DNA of 64,000 nucleotides from an uncultured Bacteroidota bacterium (GTDB taxonomy: Bacteria > Bacteroidota > Bacteroidia > UBA4408): assembly GCA_903831265.1 (NCBI GenBank), contig CAIKXD010000028.1, forward strand, positions 9,414 through 73,413. The letters run 5' to 3'. The notes below the pieces were generated by a model. The model had not been told where the DNA came from. It saw only the letters and a list, made by a program, of their open reading frames with translations, and made no database searches. The position numbers were made by a program, and so were the translations under genes. Numbering within the stretch: position 1 is the first letter of the stretch; each line of letters begins with the position of its first letter. Shown here one piece after another: positions 9,644 through 19,211 of this stretch.

Positions 9644-10954
9644 TTAATTCTTGATAAAAACCTTTCTTTGTTCATTATCTCCTACTCTTAACAGAAGATA
9701 ATAAATTCCATTATTTACATCTGAAATATCAATGCTTTGAACAACATTACCATTGTAATTGCCAAGATTTGTTTCAGCCTTTACTGTATTGCCTAGTGCA
9801 TTATTTATACTATAATAAATATCAGCCGATTCATTAAGCCAAATATTTATATTTAATAAATTATTTGCTGGATTAGGGTAAACAAAAAACCTAAATTTTC
9901 CGAGTGAAAATTCTGGACACACCACAGCAATATCTCTATCATTGCAATAGCCTGGATAACAGCACAAGCTCTGCACATTAAAATTTGCTTTTGCATCATA
10001 ATTACAAGCACTAGTATCCATACATCCTAGCACAATAGGGGTTTTGCATGAATCTGGCGCATCGCAACCATAAACATTTGAGTATTCTATAAAGTTAGCA
10101 TCCCTGCAACCACATAAAAAAGGATAAGATAAAAATGGGCTCAGCTGCTCATCAGCAAACAGCGTATCGTTATTGGCCACATACTTTATTTGTAAAGTTC
10201 CTCCTGTAGGATTAGGAATTTCTACTTCAATATTTAATTTAAAAGAAAGTTCACCTGAAGTAGTTAATTGAGCAATTAAAATTTTATTATCAACAGTATT
10301 TACACCTATTGTTCCGGAGTTTTGAATACCGGCATCATAACTCATAAATTCGCTTCCTTCAACTAAAGAACCAAAAATTGTTGAATCTGTTGTGCCTGTG
10401 GGATCAACAATACCGTTGCTACCCCAATTTGTTAATTGTAAATTATAATTTATTATTCCATCAGCAAGAGTTAAAGGAATGCCCATAGCAGGATTATTGT
10501 TAGCTAGCAGTGCACTATCATTATTGCTACCACCAACAAAAGAACCATTTGTATCTTCTGTTTTTAAAATTCCATGCAAAGTAGATGCAGCATTAGAAAT
10601 TTGTCCAAGGGTTAGCCAACTATCTAAAGCTACAGTATTTTCTTTGAACCTGTTTTTATTAAAGTCTTTGGCAAAAGTTTTACCTTCTATTTTGTGATTG
10701 TAAAAGGTGGTTGTTGTTTTAAAATTTAAAGGATGATATTGATCGCCATAAACGTTTTTCAGCACTGTTCCTTCTTTTAAATCAATATAAATCCTGTAGG
10801 TTATAGATCCAGCATCTAATTGACCACCGATAGTATCAGCAATATCGTTATTATCTGCAATATAATAGGTTTCAACAATTACATTTTCAACCTGCGCTTT
10901 CACCGAAAAGGAGAAGGCTATAATTAATGCTATTAAATTAATTTTTAGTTTCAT
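9644..10954 (-). CDS. T9SS cargo protein (paralog family; conserved N-terminal domain plus Cys-rich module plus C-terminal sorting domain)
   Basis: The start was moved to the internal MKLKINLIALIIAFSFSVKAQ, 8 nt after the receptor stop. The N-terminal domain VIVETYYIADNND...GSITYRIYIDL...NTVALDSWLTLG...GILKTEDTNGS matches the paralogs. A 10-Cys cluster (CGCRDANF...CCYPGYCNDRD) is present. The T9SS C-terminal domain is VYPNPANNLLNINIW...GIYYLLLRVGDNEQRKVFIKN. Confidence 0.8.
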   Translation of the reverse strand: MKLKINLIALIIAFSFSVKAQVENVIVETYYIADNNDIADTIGGQLDAGSITYRIYIDLKEGTVLKNVYGDQYHPLNFKTTTTFYNHKIEGKTFAKDFNKNRFKENTVALDSWLTLGQISNAASTLHGILKTEDTNGSFVGGSNNDSALLANNNPAMGIPLTLADGIINYNLQLTNWGSNGIVDPTGTTDSTIFGSLVEGSEFMSYDAGIQNSGTIGVNTVDNKILIAQLTTSGELSFKLNIEVEIPNPTGGTLQIKYVANNDTLFADEQLSPFLSYPFLCGCRDANFIEYSNVYGCDAPDSCKTPIVLGCMDTSACNYDAKANFNVQSLCCYPGYCNDRDIAVVCPEFSLGKFRFFVYPNPANNLLNINIWLNESADIYYSINNALGNTVKAETNLGNYNGNVVQSIDISDVNNGIYYLLLRVGDNEQRKVFIKN

Positions 10955-10961
10955 TTTATTC

Positions 10962-13900
10962 TTATAGCTTGTATGAAATTGACAAATTATAGTTGGTTCC
11001 AAATCTGTAACGATCAAAGTCTGCAGTAAATCCTTCAGGCAATTGATAAGACCTTCTTACAGGACTATTTAAAATATCTTTAATTGTTACAGTTACAGCG
11101 AATCTCTTTCCTAATTCTTTGGCAATTCTAAAATCTAACATATGTCGCGGTAACTCAAAAACATCGGGAACAAAACCGGGTTGTGATGAAACCACAGCCA
11201 ATCTTGGACCTTGAACATTATAAGCAATTGAAGTTGATAATCTTAAACTATCCATAGTGTAACTAATTATACCATTAATTACATAGGGTGCTTGGCCCGA
11301 CATTTGTCTAGTTAAGGTATCAAATGGCTCTACAACCTTAATATTATTTTTCACATAAATATTATTTTGAATAACTTCTGTTATAGATTGCGCTAAAGTA
11401 AGATTAGCTCTAAATTCTAATCCTTTCATAATTATCTTTCTGCCATCTAATTCAATTCCTTTTACATTAGATTCATTTGCATTTTGCCAACTAAATCCTT
11501 GGGTAGTTTGCACCAATTCAATATGATTAAAGAATTTCTTGTAAAAGAAACTCACAGAAATATTATCGCCATTTTCGAAATAAGATTCTAACCTTAAATC
11601 ATAATTATGAATATCAACAGTTTTAAGGTCGGCATTTCCGAATATGAAATTTCTATACTCATAGTCAAAAATTGTTGTTTCTGTTAACTCTCTTACACTT
11701 GGTCTAGCTATAGTTTTACTATAGTTTACTCTCAAGTTAATAGGGCTTGTTTCTAAATTTCTTAATTTGCAAATCACATTTAGGCTTGGCAATAAATTTG
11801 CTTGATTAATGGCCCCTGGATTTACCATAAACGCATCACCCGGCTGAAATCTTCGTTCATCAAAGGCTTCATATCCTATTGAGTCGAACTTAAATACATC
11901 GGCATAAATATTTGTATATTCTATTCTTGCGCCTGCTGATGCTCTTAAACGAGGAACGATGGTATAATCAAGAAGTGCATAACCTGAGTATATGTTAGTT
12001 CTTCCAATAGTATGATAGGAGTCTAAGTCGACCGCCAAATAAGATTTATTTATGGTCGTTTCTGGCAATCCACTTAAGTTAGTTTGCTCACTAAATTCAT
12101 ATTCAGAAAGATTGAAAAAACCCTGCAAATCTTCATTTTCAAAACCTGAAGCTGTAAAAGGTCCAGCAGAGTAAAAATATTCATACTGACGACTATCGCG
12201 TATGGTATTTAAAAAGCTACCACCAAATTTAAGTTTACGCGCTAAGTTCGGTTTTTCAAACAATGGCACTTCTATTTTAATGTTGGCATCTAGCAAATCT
12301 TCATTTAAATACCTGTAAAATCTACGGATAGGAAAGCCACCACCAATTGCATTTTGATTATTTGGAAGTAGGGCATAAGCTAAGCTTTTAAAATCGGGTG
12401 CCACACTTTTACCATTGGTGTACGATAAATTAAAGTTTAGTTTTGATTTAATAGTTGGAAAGTAATGTTGTGTTTTTGCCTGATAAACCAATTGCCTTCT
12501 TTGCTCATAAAATTGATCTTTTACAACAACATTATTTACCCCATTGGCAGAATCTAAAAAGGTTCTAACATTATTTACACCCAAGAAATTAGGCATAAAT
12601 AAAAATCCAATGGTATGATTGGGATGAACTTTGTAGGTTAATTGCAGCAAGCCACTGAGCCCGTTTGTTTCTTTTGTGGATTGCTGTTTTGCATTTAAAA
12701 TAAATGTTTGCGGCCCATTTACATCTGCAGGAAGCAATCTGTTTATATCCGAAACAGAATCATATTGCACAGCACTTGAATAGCGGAAGCCACCAATAAT
12801 TCCGAGAGGTCTTTTAAAAAGATTTACCTGGTTACCAATGCTAAAGCTTTGGCTAAAATTGAGCGGCGCTACTCTATACTTTGTATCCCAATTGTTTGGC
12901 AATGATTTACCAAATGCTGATGCTTTTGAATTGATGGCCCTGTAGGCTTTATTTCTATTTTCATTGTTTGAATTAAATGTATTTTTAGCAGCATTTACGG
13001 CCTCCAAATCATTAAACTGTCCTTTGTCTAATAAACCCAATTGCACCAAACCTAACTTAAAATAATCATCACTCCAAGGTGTATCTTTATTTACTCCAAT
13101 GGCGTTATAAAAATCTTCCAATCCTAAAACAACTAGCTGCTGATAAACTGTTGGTTCTTCAATAACAGGTTGATATGCCAAATGATCAATATCTCTTAGA
13201 TCACTATCATAACCTAACCATTCTGTTGAACTTCGCTCACTCGATACATATTGTCTAAAAGTACTTTGGCTATTGTAACCCACGGTACTTTCAACATTTA
13301 CCATTAATCTATCAGGAAAATCTTTTGTTTCTAAAGAGATGAGCGCCCCTGAAAAATCGCCTGCTAAATCTGCACTAGCTGTTTTGGTAATAAAAATATT
13401 ATCTAATAAACTAGAAGGAAATAAATCTAATTTAATGTTATTGGTTAAGGGATCCAAAGTAGGAATTACTAAACCATTTATTTGAGTTTTAACATATCTA
13501 TCGCCAATACCACGCACCGTAATAAAGGAACCACTAGATGACACTCCCGAAACTCTTGCAACGGCAGCTGCAGCAGTTGCATCACCTGTTTTTTTGATGG
13601 TTTCTGATGAAACAAAATCTATAGATGTAACAGAGTTTATTTTCATTTTATCAAGGTAGTAATCCTTTGCACGGTTTGCCTTTGCCTCTACTACTAATTC
13701 TTTTATTTCCTTAGTGCTTGATTTTAAGTCAAAATTCTTAATTAATATTTGACCATTTTTTAATGATATATTTTCCTCTACAGTAAGATATCCAATATAA
13801 GAAACAACAACAATTTGTGAAGTACTATCGGGTATTTTTATAGCATAATTTCCATCTAAATCGGTTGATGAGGCTATTAGTTTATTATTTTTTAATACTA

Positions 13901-14021
13901 CTAAACCACCGATCACTGGTTCCCCATTCTCATCAGTAACCTTTCCTCTAAGCGTACCTTGAGCTTTTATATTAATGATATTACTAATTAATATTATTAA
14001 TACGATGCAAAACCTTTTCAT
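10962..14021 (-). CDS. TonB-dependent outer-membrane receptor (1019 aa) with an N-terminal CarboxypepD_reg-like domain
   Basis: Signal peptide, then GKVTDENGEPVIGGLVV...TDLDGNYAI (carboxypeptidase-regulatory-like fold). A plug region follows (TAAAAVARVSGV...ITVRGIGDRY...INGL) and then a long beta-barrel ending in an aromatic-rich C-terminus. It is a paralog of 19212..22268. Confidence 0.9.
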   Translation of the reverse strand: MKRFCIVLIILISNIINIKAQGTLRGKVTDENGEPVIGGLVVLKNNKLIASSTDLDGNYAIKIPDSTSQIVVVSYIGYLTVEENISLKNGQILIKNFDLKSSTKEIKELVVEAKANRAKDYYLDKMKINSVTSIDFVSSETIKKTGDATAAAAVARVSGVSSSGSFITVRGIGDRYVKTQINGLVIPTLDPLTNNIKLDLFPSSLLDNIFITKTASADLAGDFSGALISLETKDFPDRLMVNVESTVGYNSQSTFRQYVSSERSSTEWLGYDSDLRDIDHLAYQPVIEEPTVYQQLVVLGLEDFYNAIGVNKDTPWSDDYFKLGLVQLGLLDKGQFNDLEAVNAAKNTFNSNNENRNKAYRAINSKASAFGKSLPNNWDTKYRVAPLNFSQSFSIGNQVNLFKRPLGIIGGFRYSSAVQYDSVSDINRLLPADVNGPQTFILNAKQQSTKETNGLSGLLQLTYKVHPNHTIGFLFMPNFLGVNNVRTFLDSANGVNNVVVKDQFYEQRRQLVYQAKTQHYFPTIKSKLNFNLSYTNGKSVAPDFKSLAYALLPNNQNAIGGGFPIRRFYRYLNEDLLDANIKIEVPLFEKPNLARKLKFGGSFLNTIRDSRQYEYFYSAGPFTASGFENEDLQGFFNLSEYEFSEQTNLSGLPETTINKSYLAVDLDSYHTIGRTNIYSGYALLDYTIVPRLRASAGARIEYTNIYADVFKFDSIGYEAFDERRFQPGDAFMVNPGAINQANLLPSLNVICKLRNLETSPINLRVNYSKTIARPSVRELTETTIFDYEYRNFIFGNADLKTVDIHNYDLRLESYFENGDNISVSFFYKKFFNHIELVQTTQGFSWQNANESNVKGIELDGRKIIMKGLEFRANLTLAQSITEVIQNNIYVKNNIKVVEPFDTLTRQMSGQAPYVINGIISYTMDSLRLSTSIAYNVQGPRLAVVSSQPGFVPDVFELPRHMLDFRIAKELGKRFAVTVTIKDILNSPVRRSYQLPEGFTADFDRYRFGTNYNLSISYKL

Positions 14022-14067
14022 AATAAAGTTAATGAATGTGTATGTATATTTCTGTGTAAATTAATTT

Positions 14068-15171
14068 TTATAGCTTAATTAATTTCTTTGTAGAAACCAC
14101 TCCATTTAAATTAATTTGCATAAAATAAATTCCTTTATTTAAGCGACTTAAATCAATGGTATCGCTATAATTACTATTTAATGTAGGAATTGAATTGGCG
14201 ATTACCTCTTTACCCTCCATGCTATAAATAGTATAAAACATATATTGTTTTTTGTTATCAGCATTGGATGACTTTACTTCAATATTTAAATTATCTTTAA
14301 TTGGATTGGGATAAATTTTGTAAACAGCACCTGTAGGGTTTAAATCTTGTAAGTTTGTTAAGTTACCCGAATCGTAAACTAATGCTGGGTGTTGAAATTG
14401 AGAGCCAGTAGGATTTTCAGCAACATATTGCTCTGTTCCTCCACCTGGTGTTCCTAATTGCAAATTAAGTTTAAAAGTTAAAACGCCATCTGTTGTTAAC
14501 TGAGCAATTAATACCCTGTTGGTATTTGCATCAGGACCAGTAGCACCACCCAAGGCTGCCCATGAACCATTATCTGTAGAAAACAAATTGCCAATAGTAC
14601 TATTACCAAATACATTAATTACTGAACTAATTCCAACTGCAGTAACAGAAACAGGCGTTCCTGCTAATAATCCATCCTGAGTTGATAAAGGAATACCTGC
14701 ATCAACATTTGCACTTTGTAAAATTGAACTAACATTGCATCCTGAACATGAATTAACATTGGTATTTAAACCATCGTCATCTGTTTTTAAAACGCCAAAA
14801 TAACCATTGCAAGCACCTCCTACAGACAACCATGAATCAAGCATCACCGTGTTTTTAGCTGAATTGTTTTTAGAAAAAGTTGGAGATGTACTTCCATAAT
14901 CCATATTGTTAAAAAACTGGGTGGTAGTTTCTATCCTTAATTCTTGACCTTGTAACCCAAAAGCCGCTTGAAACGTGTATCCTGCTGCCATATCTACATA
15001 AACTCTGTATGTTGTAGAACCTACAGGAAGAATTCCTCCAACAACATTCGCATTCGTATCATTAGCTTCAGAGATATAATATTTTTCAACGATGATATCT
15101 TCTAATCCATTTTGTGCTTGCGCATAAAAACATGCAAATAATAAAGGTAGTGCTAGTAACGTTTTTTTCAT
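14068..15171 (-). CDS. T9SS cargo protein (367 aa) of the 'VEKYY' N-terminal-domain paralog family
   Basis: Signal peptide ...FYAQAQ. The conserved N-terminal domain is present (DIIVEKYYISEAND...LPVGSTTYRVYVDM...NTVMLDSWLSVG...GVLKTDDDG...TNRVLIAQLTTDG). The T9SS C-terminal domain is ...IYPNPIKDNLNIEV...GIYFMQINLNGVVSTKKLIKL. Confidence 0.85.
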   Translation of the reverse strand: MKKTLLALPLLFACFYAQAQNGLEDIIVEKYYISEANDTNANVVGGILPVGSTTYRVYVDMAAGYTFQAAFGLQGQELRIETTTQFFNNMDYGSTSPTFSKNNSAKNTVMLDSWLSVGGACNGYFGVLKTDDDGLNTNVNSCSGCNVSSILQSANVDAGIPLSTQDGLLAGTPVSVTAVGISSVINVFGNSTIGNLFSTDNGSWAALGGATGPDANTNRVLIAQLTTDGVLTFKLNLQLGTPGGGTEQYVAENPTGSQFQHPALVYDSGNLTNLQDLNPTGAVYKIYPNPIKDNLNIEVKSSNADNKKQYMFYTIYSMEGKEVIANSIPTLNSNYSDTIDLSRLNKGIYFMQINLNGVVSTKKLIKL

Positions 15172-15198
15172 TTTTTTAAAATTTAAAATCTTTAATAT

Positions 15199-16305
15199 TT
15201 AGTGATTAACAATTAATTTCTTTGAGAAGCTATGAGTTGCATCTTCTATTTTTATAAGATATATTCCCGATTCGATGCCTTGCATAGAAAACTGATATCC
15301 ATCTTTAGAAACTGCACCAACTTTGCGCTGATCTAAAAGCACACCGCGGCTATCATAAAGTGAAATCAAACTGTTTTGCTCCATTTTAATCTTAGGTTTA
15401 ATGGTCAATATTTCATCGGTCAATGGATTGGGAAATATATCAATACCATTATTTTTTTCGAAGATTGCAATATCCTTTAATGAAGAAGGAGTGCTTACAG
15501 AATCGTTTAGCGCTGCCAATAAAATTGAACTAGTATCACCAGGCAAAGCCTCTGCTACATAGCGCTCAACCCCACCCGTAGGTGTACCTATTTGAACATT
15601 TAATTTATATTTTAGGCTACCGTTGGTAGTAATTTGAGCAATCAACACTTTATTTATTGCGCTATCTGCGCCAGTGGCACCAGACAAACAATACCATGAA
15701 CCATTTGTGGTGCTAAAAACTGGACCATTAGTTCCATCATTTTGGCTCCCAAAAACACCAATCTCTGTATCAATACCTATGCTTCCAAAAACACCTGGAT
15801 TACCTAATTGCAAGCCATCTTGTGTATTGATTGGAATGCCGCAGTTAACATCATCGTTTTGTAATACTTGAGGAGTTTCGGCGTTAACAACCGTTGCGTT
15901 GCTATCTGTATCTTCTGTTTTTAACACCCCAAAATTACCAATACACGCAGCGCCAGAAGACAGCCAAGAATCTAGCATCACCGTATTGTCTTTTGCATTA
16001 GCTTTTGTGTAATTAGGTTGAACATCACCTCTGTCTTCATTATTAAAAAATAAAGTTGATGTTTCTATTCTAAGCTCGTGACCCGGCAAACCATAAGCAG
16101 CTTGAAACTTGTAGTTAGGTAATAAATCTAAATAAAATCTATACGTAACAGACCCAACGGGCAGCTTACCTCCTACATCATTTACTGTAGTATCGTTGTT
16201 ATTGGATTTATAATACTTTTCAACGATTAAACCCTCTAATCCGTTTTGGGCTAAACTAATTTTAAGAAATAAAAAAAATAGTAGAATTGTAGCTTTACCT
16301 TTCAT
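15199..16305 (-). CDS. T9SS cargo protein (368 aa) of the 'VEKYY' N-terminal-domain paralog family
   Basis: It is a tandem paralog of 14068..15171 (GLIVEKYYKSNNND...LPVGSVTYRFYLDL...NTVMLDSWLSSG...GVLKTEDTD). The T9SS C-terminal domain is ...IFPNPLTDEILTI...GIYLIKIEDATHSFSKKLIVNH. Confidence 0.85.
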   Translation of the reverse strand: MKGKATILLFFLFLKISLAQNGLEGLIVEKYYKSNNNDTTVNDVGGKLPVGSVTYRFYLDLLPNYKFQAAYGLPGHELRIETSTLFFNNEDRGDVQPNYTKANAKDNTVMLDSWLSSGAACIGNFGVLKTEDTDSNATVVNAETPQVLQNDDVNCGIPINTQDGLQLGNPGVFGSIGIDTEIGVFGSQNDGTNGPVFSTTNGSWYCLSGATGADSAINKVLIAQITTNGSLKYKLNVQIGTPTGGVERYVAEALPGDTSSILLAALNDSVSTPSSLKDIAIFEKNNGIDIFPNPLTDEILTIKPKIKMEQNSLISLYDSRGVLLDQRKVGAVSKDGYQFSMQGIESGIYLIKIEDATHSFSKKLIVNH

Positions 16306-16638
16306 GAAATGCGTTGTTAAATTTGAAAGTGCAAAAGAAGCACTATTGTCGCGTTTGATAGATATATAAATTGTTACTATTACGTTAAAGCTACAAGAAA
16401 AAATTAGCCATACTAAGTGACAAATTATTTATTTAAAAATTAGAGCAAACACATGTATTTCAGACATTTTAAAAACAATTAGGTACTGTTTAAGAAAATG
16501 CAATAAACAACTTAATAACACTAAATTAACCATTTAATTATTTTGATATGTTTTTAGAGGAAATAAATAATTAAAAGTGCACAGTTAAAACTTTACAATT
16601 ACTTAACCCAACTGTACTTTATTGTAATTTTATGGATG

Positions 16639-16646
16639 TAATTTTG
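16639..16646 (+). promoter_or_regulatory. Candidate Bacteroidota sigma-A -7 element (TAATTTTG) upstream of the PIG-L deacetylase gene
   Basis: It matches the TAnnTTTG consensus ~20 nt upstream of the TTG start at 16666. The upstream TTG at 16622-24 has suboptimal spacing. Confidence 0.3.
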
Positions 16647-16665
16647 AGGACTCAAAATTGTTTTC

Positions 16666-17292
16666 TTGAATAAAAAAGTATTAATTATTGCGCCTCATTT
16701 AGATGATGGAAAATTAGGTTGTGGAGGCACTATTACAAAGCTTTTAGACCAAGGCATGTTTATTTATTATGTGGCATTTTCTATTGGCAATATTGTTGAT
16801 GAGCATAATGTTAATGCTAATATTTTGTTAACTGAATGTAAAGATGCATGCAAAACTTTAGGAATTACTGATGATAAATTAATTATTAAACTATTTCCAT
16901 TTAGAAAGCTAAACGAGCACAGGCAAGAAATTCTGGAGATTTTAATTGATTTAAAGCGTAAAATAAACCCTGATATCGTATTTATGCCCTCCAGCCAATC
17001 AATACACCAAGACCACAAAGCTGTATACCAAGAAGGAATTAGAGCATTTAAACACAAAACTTGTTATGGCTATGATTTACCATGGGATACAGATAATTTC
17101 AAAACTTCATGTTTTTTTACTTTAGATAAAAGACAGCTTAACTTAAAAATAGCTTCCCTTAAAATGTATGCTTCATTAAAGCATAAAACCTACATGGAAG
17201 AAAACTTTCTAAAAGGTTTGGCGCGTGTTAGAGGCACTCAAATAAATGTTGAATTTGCAGAAGCATTCGAAGCCATTCGCACTGTAGTTTAA
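16666..17292 (+). CDS. PIG-L/LmbE family N-acetylglucosaminyl deacetylase
   Basis: It has the LIIAPHLDDG...GCGG metal-binding signature and a downstream HQDH motif. It is 208 aa. The apparent start is a TTG; there is no in-frame ATG before the catalytic motif. Confidence 0.8.
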   Translation: MNKKVLIIAPHLDDGKLGCGGTITKLLDQGMFIYYVAFSIGNIVDEHNVNANILLTECKDACKTLGITDDKLIIKLFPFRKLNEHRQEILEILIDLKRKINPDIVFMPSSQSIHQDHKAVYQEGIRAFKHKTCYGYDLPWDTDNFKTSCFFTLDKRQLNLKIASLKMYASLKHKTYMEENFLKGLARVRGTQINVEFAEAFEAIRTVV

Positions 17293-17412
17293 CTTCAAAA
17301 AAACGATCAACCAATCTAGATTTATTTCAATATTAAATTAATGTTAACTACCTGCTTTGCTTTAATAACAATGATTTAACTAGTAAGTAATATTCAAGGA
17401 ATTTTGAGAGTA

Positions 17413-17420
17413 TAGTTTTG
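17413..17420 (+). promoter_or_regulatory. Candidate -7 promoter element (TAGTTTTG) upstream of the 558-aa gene
   Basis: It matches TAnnTTTG 26 nt before the ATG at 17446. No convincing -33 TTG is seen. Confidence 0.25.
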
Positions 17421-17445
17421 CACCAACAAAAACAACACACAAACT

Positions 17446-19122
17446 ATGAAAAAATTCTACACAATTGCAGCAAGCTTGCTTTTTGGTTTTACAAGCCTAC
17501 AAGCACAAAGCATTATTAACATTGTTGATGCCGACTTAGTAGGCGGTCAAACATACAATTGGACCAAAAACAACGTTTATGTTTTAGATGGCGTTGTATT
17601 TCTTGAAGATGGCGGCACTTTAAATATTGAAGCTGGCACAGTAATTAAATTTACCCCTAGAGCTGATGTTGGTAATCCATCTGCATTAGTTATTTGTCGT
17701 GGTGCTAAAATTTACGCAACTGGCACCGTGGCTGAACCAATTATTTTTACAGCAGAAGATGATGACATGGCAGATGGAACTGATTTAGGTCCAACAGACA
17801 ATGCACTTTGGGGTGGTGTTGTATTATTGGGAAAAGCTTTTACCGTAAAAAATGGCAACAATGAAGTAAATGTTGAAGGTATTCCTACAACTGAACCAAG
17901 AGGTGTTTATGGTATGCCAGCTGGAGCAAATATTGACAATGATAACTCAGGTGTTTTACGTTATGTTTCTATACGTCATGGAGGTCGTCAAATTGCGAGT
18001 GGTAGTGAATTAAACGGATTAACCTTAGGTGCTGTGGGTAGCGCTACAACAGTAGAATATGTTGAAATATATGCTAACTCTGATGATGGCATCGAATTTT
18101 TTGGGGGAACAGTAAATGTAAAATATGCTGCTGTTGCATTTACCGAAGATGATAGTTTTGATTGGGATGAAAGTTGGACTGGAAAAGGTCAGTTTTGGTT
18201 CTCTATCCAAAGAGATGATATTGCTGATGCTGGTTGGGAATGCGATGGAAGTACACCTAATGATTTAACACCTGCTTCTGATCCAATTGTATTTAATGGA
18301 ACACATATTGGTTCAGGTGCAGCTGCTGCTGCGGCCAATCCAATTGGATGGTTATTCCGTGCAGGTACTAAAGGCTATGTTGCAAATAGTATTGTAAGCG
18401 AAATGAAAGGTAAAGGAATTGAAGTTCAAGATAGCCCTTCAAATAGCAATGATGCTTATGCTCAATTAATCGCAGGAGAATTAATTATCAAAAACAATTT
18501 ATTCCACAATATTGGAAGTACAACAGTAATTGATGGAAGTGCTAATGGCATAATCAGAATCACTGCAAGTGCCGATGATGCAACTGCTGCGGCTTTAATT
18601 TCTCACTTAACTACAAACAGCAATCAAATAGCTAATCCTGCCCTTTATAATGTTAGCAGAACTCAAGATGGTTTGCTAGACCCACGCCCAAGTGGAACTG
18701 GAGCAGCTTATACAACTGCTTTAGACGCTTATCCTGCAGGTGATGCTTTCTTTACAGCAGTTAATTACAAAGGTGCTTTTTCAACTGCGTCAACCGACTT
18801 ATGGCTATCTAGCTGGTCGAGTTTAGCCAAAAACGGACATTTAGTAAATGTTACTGGGATCAATGAATATAACAATGTTGTAAATTCATTAATGCTATAT
18901 CCAAATCCAACCAAAGGAAATTTAAATATCGCTTACGAGTCAAATAAAAATGTATTGGTTCAAATTATCAATACACAAGGGCAAGTGGTAAAAACATTAA
19001 ACAACAAACCTTCAGTTGGTGCACCACAAACAGTGGATGTTTCTGACTTAAGTAAAGGATTGTATTTCATAAGCTTTACAAACGGTGATAATCAATTCAG
19101 TAAGAAATTAATTATTGAATAA
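17446..19122 (+). CDS. Secreted 558-aa T9SS cargo protein, paralog of 6617..8284 (unnamed TonB-dependent-receptor-associated family)
   Basis: Signal peptide ...TSLQAQ. It shares conserved blocks with the 555-aa paralog (see that entry). The T9SS C-terminal domain is LYPNPTKGNLNIAYES...GLYFISFTNGDNQFSKKLIIE. Confidence 0.85.
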   Translation: MKKFYTIAASLLFGFTSLQAQSIINIVDADLVGGQTYNWTKNNVYVLDGVVFLEDGGTLNIEAGTVIKFTPRADVGNPSALVICRGAKIYATGTVAEPIIFTAEDDDMADGTDLGPTDNALWGGVVLLGKAFTVKNGNNEVNVEGIPTTEPRGVYGMPAGANIDNDNSGVLRYVSIRHGGRQIASGSELNGLTLGAVGSATTVEYVEIYANSDDGIEFFGGTVNVKYAAVAFTEDDSFDWDESWTGKGQFWFSIQRDDIADAGWECDGSTPNDLTPASDPIVFNGTHIGSGAAAAAANPIGWLFRAGTKGYVANSIVSEMKGKGIEVQDSPSNSNDAYAQLIAGELIIKNNLFHNIGSTTVIDGSANGIIRITASADDATAAALISHLTTNSNQIANPALYNVSRTQDGLLDPRPSGTGAAYTTALDAYPAGDAFFTAVNYKGAFSTASTDLWLSSWSSLAKNGHLVNVTGINEYNNVVNSLMLYPNPTKGNLNIAYESNKNVLVQIINTQGQVVKTLNNKPSVGAPQTVDVSDLSKGLYFISFTNGDNQFSKKLIIE

Positions 19123-19141
19123 AAACAAATAACATAATCAG

Positions 19142-19180
19142 AAATAGCAGGGGGCAAACGTCTCCTGCTATTTGTGTTTA
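19142..19180 (+). terminator. Hairpin (aaatagcagg...cctgctattt) followed by a partial T-run; possible terminator/attenuator between the 558-aa gene and the receptor gene
   Basis: It has a 10-bp perfect stem and a 12-nt loop, followed by GTGTTTAAC. It sits in the 89-nt gap before the receptor gene on the same strand. Confidence 0.4.
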
Positions 19181-19211
19181 ACAGACTGGCTAAAACAACT
19201 ACACAATTAAA

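Noticed and set aside
16640-17410. A shared AATTTTGAG(G/A) 9-mer upstream of both the PIG-L gene (16641) and the 558-aa gene (17400)
   Set aside because: It overlaps the generic TAnnTTTG -7 promoter consensus expected at any Bacteroidota promoter, so the similarity is most simply promoter consensus and not a specific operator.
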